From Candidatus Odinarchaeia archaeon (lineage in GTDB: Archaea; Asgardarchaeota; Odinarchaeia; Odinarchaeales; Odinarchaeaceae): DNA of 10,938 bases. The DNA is taken from contig JAHQXC010000042.1 of NCBI GenBank assembly GCA_029856525.1, forward strand, positions 1 through 10,938, read 5' to 3'. The notes under the pieces are model-generated. The model worked only from the letters and a program-made list of their open reading frames with translations, did no database searches and was not told where the DNA came from. The position numbers and the translations under genes were made by a program. Below are positions 6,413 to 10,938 of this stretch, piece after piece (the first letter of the stretch is position 1; each line of letters begins with the position of its first letter).

Positions 6413-7552
6413 TTAAGTTTTCTCCACTTTAACCAGGTTTAAATCCTCGTCTAAATATATTTTAAAACTGTGATCTCCATGCTGTATTGAGAAGGGTATA
6501 GGATAGCTGTTAATATTTTCAAAGTATGTTGAATCCATAGTGAATTTTATTTTAGTCGAGCAATAAGGGCATTCGAGTATCCTAGTTATCCGGCTCGGGA
6601 TCTTCCCCTCTTCTTTAAATATTTTCACAAACTCGCTTCTCTTCTTATCAACCCAGTTATTTATTACTACACGGCCTTCAGCTAGCACGCCTTTAATATT
6701 CTCTAGAAGATTTAACATTACCTCTTTAACTTTATCTTTTCTTTCACCGGTCTTCGACATGAAGAAAAAAGAGAGATGGTATCCCTGTTCCGGTTTCGCC
6801 ATCACTCGGAAAACACCCTCCTCTCCGAAGCCGCGGGTAAGCTTTCTAATAATATACGTGTCTAATTCATCTTTTACCGGTAGATTTAAAGAGAGAATCG
6901 CTGAATTCACACATTTTTTAGCTAAACCATTAGCTAAACTATACTCCTCGTAATCGCACTTATCGCATTCAACTTCCTCGCAAAACACACACGGTGTGTC
7001 TATATTCCTGTAAGGGCAGTTATAAGGTTTTAAATCTGTAATCTTATCAAGGACTTCTTCTATACTCATCATTTGAGGCGGCTGTTTAACGTGAATTTTG
7101 CAAGCCTCCTCCCCCTCCCATTTACTCTCCAATATCTCTATCACGAAACCAGGATTGAAAACATCCGCTATAACCTTTGAACCCGGTAAACATATAAGCC
7201 TGCATAAAGGGTTAGGTGAAACACTCTCACCTATATCCATTATAGGGCACTTAGTCACTTTAACGCTGATAACATCATCGCTTAAACTTTTCACATTAAC
7301 TTTGAATCCGAAAAGCGGCATGTATTTTTCATAGAATTTTATAATGCCTTCACGCCCCTCGCCTTCATCATATATTTTAATCTGGTTTAAAACTTTTTCA
7401 AAAACTTCATCTTTCTCTTTAGATAGAAGTTGAGCTGCATCCCCTCCATATTTCGCAACCATCTTAGAAAATATCATAGTATAAAAGTTGAATAAGCTCT
7501 CTCTTAGAATAGATAATCTTTCATCTATTTTATCAGCTTCACTCAATTTCAT
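6413..7552 (-). CDS. Multidomain protein: V4R-like Cys sensor domain + Cys-rich linker + ARPC4 (Arp2/3 subunit 4)-like domain + C-terminal CxxC/HxxH zinc finger
   Basis: aa 215-312 (VNSAILSL...DELDTYIIRKL...KPEQGYHLSF...KDKV...ENI...IN...EFVKIF) parallels the recalled eukaryotic ARPC4 pattern INSVRVSI...DEIEKILCHKF...KPVEGYDISF...KHKL...EEI...VN...EFLKNF. aa 1-157 has CP-x-C-x3-C...C. aa 328-361 has CPYC...HGDH. Confidence 0.78.
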   Translation of the reverse strand: MKLSEADKIDERLSILRESLFNFYTMIFSKMVAKYGGDAAQLLSKEKDEVFEKVLNQIKIYDEGEGREGIIKFYEKYMPLFGFKVNVKSLSDDVISVKVTKCPIMDIGESVSPNPLCRLICLPGSKVIADVFNPGFVIEILESKWEGEEACKIHVKQPPQMMSIEEVLDKITDLKPYNCPYRNIDTPCVFCEEVECDKCDYEEYSLANGLAKKCVNSAILSLNLPVKDELDTYIIRKLTRGFGEEGVFRVMAKPEQGYHLSFFFMSKTGERKDKVKEVMLNLLENIKGVLAEGRVVINNWVDKKRSEFVKIFKEEGKIPSRITRILECPYCSTKIKFTMDSTYFENINSYPIPFSIQHGDHSFKIYLDEDLNLVKVEKT

Positions 7553-7663
7553 AGACCTCTTTAAAAACAGGTTTAATTTTAAAATACTTTTATATGCTCA
7601 TATATATTATTTTTTACTATACACTATATGATATTAGAAGAATTTAAATAAAGCGGGTTTATT

Positions 7664-8164
7664 ATGGGAAATTTTAGAATACTTAAAAAATCAATTTTAA
7701 TGTCTACTCGCGTTAAAAAACGATTTATACCAGCTGTTCTATTTTACTGTATTCTCTCATGGTGGGTTGCTTTCACAATTCAACTCGGAGACACTTTTCT
7801 AGTCACCCTCGGTATTATAGGCGGTCTTATTATAGCTACAGTGTACGGTTTTATTCTATCCCAGTTTAGGAAGGCGCAGATCGCCACACTGAAATGTATC
7901 GGGTGGGGTAACTCTAACATTCTACTTTTACTTATCGGCGAAATCTTATTCGTCTCTCTTCTAGGCTATGTTTTAACCTTGGAGATCGATATTCATATTC
8001 TCGGTGTGAGCACATATTTCGAAGATATATTAATTCAATTCGTTTTCTCGGGTCCAGCTTTAGGTTTATCTCTACTAGTTGTGATAATAGCGCAGATACC
8101 GGGTATTATTCTAGCCTACTGGAGGACGCTTAAAGTTAGACCTATAGTTGCTTTAAAAGGTTGA
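7664..8164 (+). CDS. Minimal FtsX/MacB-type (type VII) ABC transporter permease
   Basis: RKAQIATLKCIG coupling motif (family consensus R.REIA.LKA.G), four hydrophobic segments and a C-terminal RPIVALK motif. Directly upstream of an ABC ATPase. Confidence 0.88.
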   Translation: MGNFRILKKSILMSTRVKKRFIPAVLFYCILSWWVAFTIQLGDTFLVTLGIIGGLIIATVYGFILSQFRKAQIATLKCIGWGNSNILLLLIGEILFVSLLGYVLTLEIDIHILGVSTYFEDILIQFVFSGPALGLSLLVVIIAQIPGIILAYWRTLKVRPIVALKG

Positions 8165-8174
8165 AGTGGTTGAA

Positions 8175-8873
8175 ATGACGCAGAAAGTTCCTATTATAAT
8201 AGCTGAAAACGTGTCTAAAGAATATAGACGGGGACGGGAGATAGTTAAAGCCCTAGTAAAAGTGAACTTGGAAATATATGAAGGCGAGCGCGTCTGCTTT
8301 TTCGGACCGAGCGGCAGCGGTAAAACTACTCTACTCAACGTTTTAAGCGGTTTAGACCAGCCTACGAGCGGTAGAGTAATATTAGACGGCTCGGATACAA
8401 GAGAGCTCGATGAGAGAATATTCCCTAAGATTAGAAGGGAGAAAATCGGTTTTATATTCCAAGACTTTAATTTAATCCCTGATTTAACAGTTATTGAGAA
8501 CGTTTCCTCCCCGTTGTGGCCGACTGATATGAAATCTAAGAAAATCGAGGAGCTTGCTATCTCAGTGCTCAGAGAAGTTGATATGATCGATAGGAAAGAT
8601 CATCTGCCTAGACAGCTCTCAGGCGGGGAGCAGCAGCGGACTGCTATAGCCCGCGCTCTAATTACACGGCCTAAAATTCTATTCGCTGATGAGCCGACCG
8701 GTAACCTAGACTCTAAGACTGGTTTAGAAATAATGAATCTGCTTAAGAAAATAAACGCTAACGATAAAACAACGATCGTCGTCGTCACGCATGATGAGAA
8801 TCTTCTCAAATTCGCTAATAGAGTTTTCGAGGTGGTTGACGGTAAAATCTCTTTATCTAAACGCGGCCAATGA
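8175..8873 (+). CDS. ABC transporter ATP-binding protein (LolD/MacB/FtsE-like)
   Basis: Walker [11 protein letters not shown]-loop IGFIFQ, signature LSGGE, Walker [13 protein letters not shown] and H-loop VTHD. Start is ATG 8175 or GTG 8166. Confidence 0.97.
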   Translation: MTQKVPIIIAENVSKEYRRGREIVKALVKVNLEIYEGERVCFFGPSGSGKTTLLNVLSGLDQPTSGRVILDGSDTRELDERIFPKIRREKIGFIFQDFNLIPDLTVIENVSSPLWPTDMKSKKIEELAISVLREVDMIDRKDHLPRQLSGGEQQRTAIARALITRPKILFADEPTGNLDSKTGLEIMNLLKKINANDKTTIVVVTHDENLLKFANRVFEVVDGKISLSKRGQ

Positions 8874-8924
8874 GTTTTTATATACTAGCCTTTTAAAAGT
8901 TATTTGACTAAAAGGGGTGTGTTA

Positions 8925-9590
8925 ATGACCGGTGAAGAAGTATCATCTACTAAGAAAGCGATTGTCTCCTTTCTAGATATCATCGAACATAACATTAAAG
9001 ATATCGATAACGATCAAATTGAGAGAATGGTTAATGAAATAATATATACTAAGGCTAAAGGGGGTAGGATATTCGTAGCTGGAACAGGTAGAACAGGTTT
9101 AATGGCTAAAGCTTTCGCAATGAGACTCTATCATTTAGGCTTCGACGTGGTGATTCTCGGGGAGACGATTGTCCCGAGCGCTACTAAAAGAGACTGTGTT
9201 ATAACTATCTCCGGCTCTGGTAAAACTGATTTCACAGTTGACACAGCTTCTATCGCTAAGAGAATAGGAACCAGGGTGATAGCGATCACAAGTAACCCTG
9301 AGTCTCCTTTAGCTAAGTTGGCGGATATTTTAGTGATTGTTAAAGGACGCACTAAGGATATGGAAGCTGATAAATCCGCTGTTTTGAACGGTGCTAAAAT
9401 TGAAACAATAAAATGGGATGCTAGACAGTTGACTGGTATACACGCGCCGCTGAGTCCTTTAGGCTCTATGTTTGAATTAACTTTGATGATGTTTCTTGAA
9501 GGTGTTATCGCTACTTTAATTGAGAAATTAAACTTAACTGAGGAGGAGATTAAAGCCAGACATGCTAATATTGAGACTATTAGCTCGTAA
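8925..9590 (+). CDS. hxlB: 6-phospho-3-hexuloisomerase (PHI, SIS domain; ribulose monophosphate pathway)
   Basis: IFVAGTGRTGL..KAFAMRL.HLG, ISGSGKT, PLGSMFE and terminal RHANIE motifs. ATG 8925 is preceded by SD-like GGGGTG. Confidence 0.93.
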   Translation: MTGEEVSSTKKAIVSFLDIIEHNIKDIDNDQIERMVNEIIYTKAKGGRIFVAGTGRTGLMAKAFAMRLYHLGFDVVILGETIVPSATKRDCVITISGSGKTDFTVDTASIAKRIGTRVIAITSNPESPLAKLADILVIVKGRTKDMEADKSAVLNGAKIETIKWDARQLTGIHAPLSPLGSMFELTLMMFLEGVIATLIEKLNLTEEEIKARHANIETISS

Positions 9591-9663
9591 ATATATTTTT
9601 AAATATTTTTCTATATAAAAAAATATTAGAAATAGCCTTCACACTTAAATATTAATCTCGGAT

Positions 9664-10377
9664 ATGATTTTAATGAAACCTGAGAAAATAATTCCTTCAC
9701 AGCTATTCTCTAAATGGAAGTTAACTGTTCAAATATTAAATTGTATATCCAATAATAGAGATAACACCATCCCACGGATAATGAAGAAGACGGGTTCAAG
9801 CTACACTGCTATTAAGAATATTATAGAAGAGTTAATCGCACATGGAATAATCGGGGAGCAGAAAATCTCTGAATCGAAAGATAGAGGTAGACCGCCTAAA
9901 ACATATATAATTCTAAAATCGTTCGAAATAAACTATCCTCCTAGAAAATATGATCTACTCTTATCTTATCTCATCTCCAGTTTAAAATCTAAAAACGAAG
10001 TAGACCTCCAGCAGCTATTAGCTGAGATAGGAGTCCAGATGGCTGTTGAAAAAGCATTTGAATTAAAAAACCATAATATAAAAATAAACTCTATAAGCGA
10101 CTTAGCTGTAGTCATCAGCAAGGACTTAGAAAGTGAGAACATCCCCTATGACGTTACCGTGCACGATAACTCATTGGAGATAAAAATCTACTCGTGTGTT
10201 TTCAAAAAAATATCTACCGAATTCTCTCCTATAATATGCCTAGTCCATGAAAATTATTATGCGAAACTTTTAGAAGAGACTTTAAAATTGAAGTCGAATA
10301 TAATTCACACATCGAATCTTTCAAAAAATGACTCAGAATGCTCTTTTCTTATTACACCTGTAAAACCATTAACATGA
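9664..10377 (+). CDS. Winged-HTH transcriptional regulator with C-terminal Cys-containing sensor domain (COG2345/SufR-like)
   Basis: N-terminal HTH ending in RGRPPKTY, then YPPRKYDLL. C-terminal C178, C192, H195 and C226 (CVF, IICLVH, ECSF). Alternative start at ATG 9673. Confidence 0.82.
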   Translation: MILMKPEKIIPSQLFSKWKLTVQILNCISNNRDNTIPRIMKKTGSSYTAIKNIIEELIAHGIIGEQKISESKDRGRPPKTYIILKSFEINYPPRKYDLLLSYLISSLKSKNEVDLQQLLAEIGVQMAVEKAFELKNHNIKINSISDLAVVISKDLESENIPYDVTVHDNSLEIKIYSCVFKKISTEFSPIICLVHENYYAKLLEETLKLKSNIIHTSNLSKNDSECSFLITPVKPLT

Positions 10378-10408
10378 TAAATTATAATCACTAAATTTTT
10401 CAATAAAT

Positions 10409-10426
10409 TACCCGCATTAACGGGTA
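10409..10426. repeat. Perfect 6-bp inverted repeat TACCCG-N6-CGGGTA
   Basis: Read directly from the sequence. It is a GC-rich palindrome in an otherwise AT-rich intergenic region. Confidence 0.6.
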
Positions 10427-10535
10427 GCGAATAGGTGACGTTGATAATTCTCGGAAAAATCTATAAAAAGTAAAAATTAATTAAATACCTTCAGTATAAA
10501 AATAATAAAAATCTAGTTAATTAAAGGTGGACTGT

Positions 10536-10938
10536 TTGACCGATAAAATTAGTTTTTCAGAGAAGATAGCCGGTAATCTGACTGATATTATAAATAATCT
10601 AATAGAGAATTTTCAAAGTCTACTAAAAGAAGAATTAGATAAAATATTTGAAAAAAATCACTCTGAGCTCGCTCAATTAAGTGAAAAATATGAGAGCTTA
10701 AACGAAAACCTCAAAGGTTTAATCGAAGCTCAAAACAATATTAAAATAAAAGTAGAGGAATTATACAATACCTCAGATAACACTTTTAAAAGAATTCAAT
10801 CAGAATTCACCGAGCGTATGAGCGCTTATTTTAAAGAATTCCACGAGGAGATGGAGAAAATAATAGATATGAACGCGGCTTTAACCGTGGAGTTATCTAA
10901 TAGACTGGATGAAATGCTTGTTAAATTAAACTCACTTT
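10536..10938 (+). CDS. Hypothetical alpha-helical/coiled-coil protein, 5' part (not in the ORF track)
   Basis: TTG 10536 follows SD-like AGGTGG. The frame is open to the window end: MTDKISFSEKIAGNLTDIINNLIENFQSLLKEELDKIFEKNHSELAQLSEKYESLNENLKGLIEAQNNIKIKVEELYN... It has no Pro, very few Gly and heptad-like Leu/Ile spacing. Confidence 0.8.
   Translation, partial: MTDKISFSEKIAGNLTDIINNLIENFQSLLKEELDKIFEKNHSELAQLSEKYESLNENLKGLIEAQNNIKIKVEELYNTSDNTFKRIQSEFTERMSAYFKEFHEEMEKIIDMNAALTVELSNRLDEMLVKLNSL

Noticed and set aside
6759-7334. Two short plus-strand ORFs (64 and 78 aa)
   Set aside because: Antisense to the ARPC4-fusion gene, and Ser/Pro-rich as expected for shadow frames.
7591-7604. TATATG-CT-CATATA palindrome in the divergent promoter region
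   Set aside because: The region is about 80% A+T, so such dyads are expected by chance. It probably reflects overlapping TATA boxes.
8153-9352. Three short minus-strand ORFs (61, 69 and 73 aa)
   Set aside because: Typical antisense shadows of the ABC ATPase and PHI genes.
1-10938. CRISPR array, transposase/integrase, or terminal inverted repeats
   Set aside because: No regularly spaced direct repeats and no recombinase or transposase motifs in any frame examined.

Overview
AT-rich archaeal chromosomal window, most likely from an Asgard archaeon. The basis is a group II chaperonin, Rpo6/RpoK, BRE-TATA promoters and an Arp2/3-subunit-4-like domain; the lineage assignment is inference. Gene order: partial SAM-methyltransferase (-), corA (-), thermosome and rpoK (+), UROD/MtaA-like protein (-), TauE/SafE transporter (+), a 271-nt intergenic region with a promoter-like motif and a GC-enriched hairpin, single-domain MetE (+), a multidomain protein (-), a minimal FtsX-type permease plus ABC ATPase (+), 3-hexulose-6-phosphate isomerase (+), a SufR/COG2345-like HTH regulator (+), and the start of a helical coiled-coil protein (+). 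The main observation is the 6413-7552 protein. It carries an ARPC4-like (actin-branching complex) module between an N-terminal Cys-containing V4R-like sensor domain, a Cys-rich linker and a C-terminal CxxC...HxxH zinc finger. Secondary observations are a MacB/FtsX permease with no extracytoplasmic domain and a candidate structured ncRNA or leader upstream of metE. No CRISPR, rRNA, tRNA or mobile element was recognised. All homology calls come from motif recognition and recalled family sequences, not database searches.
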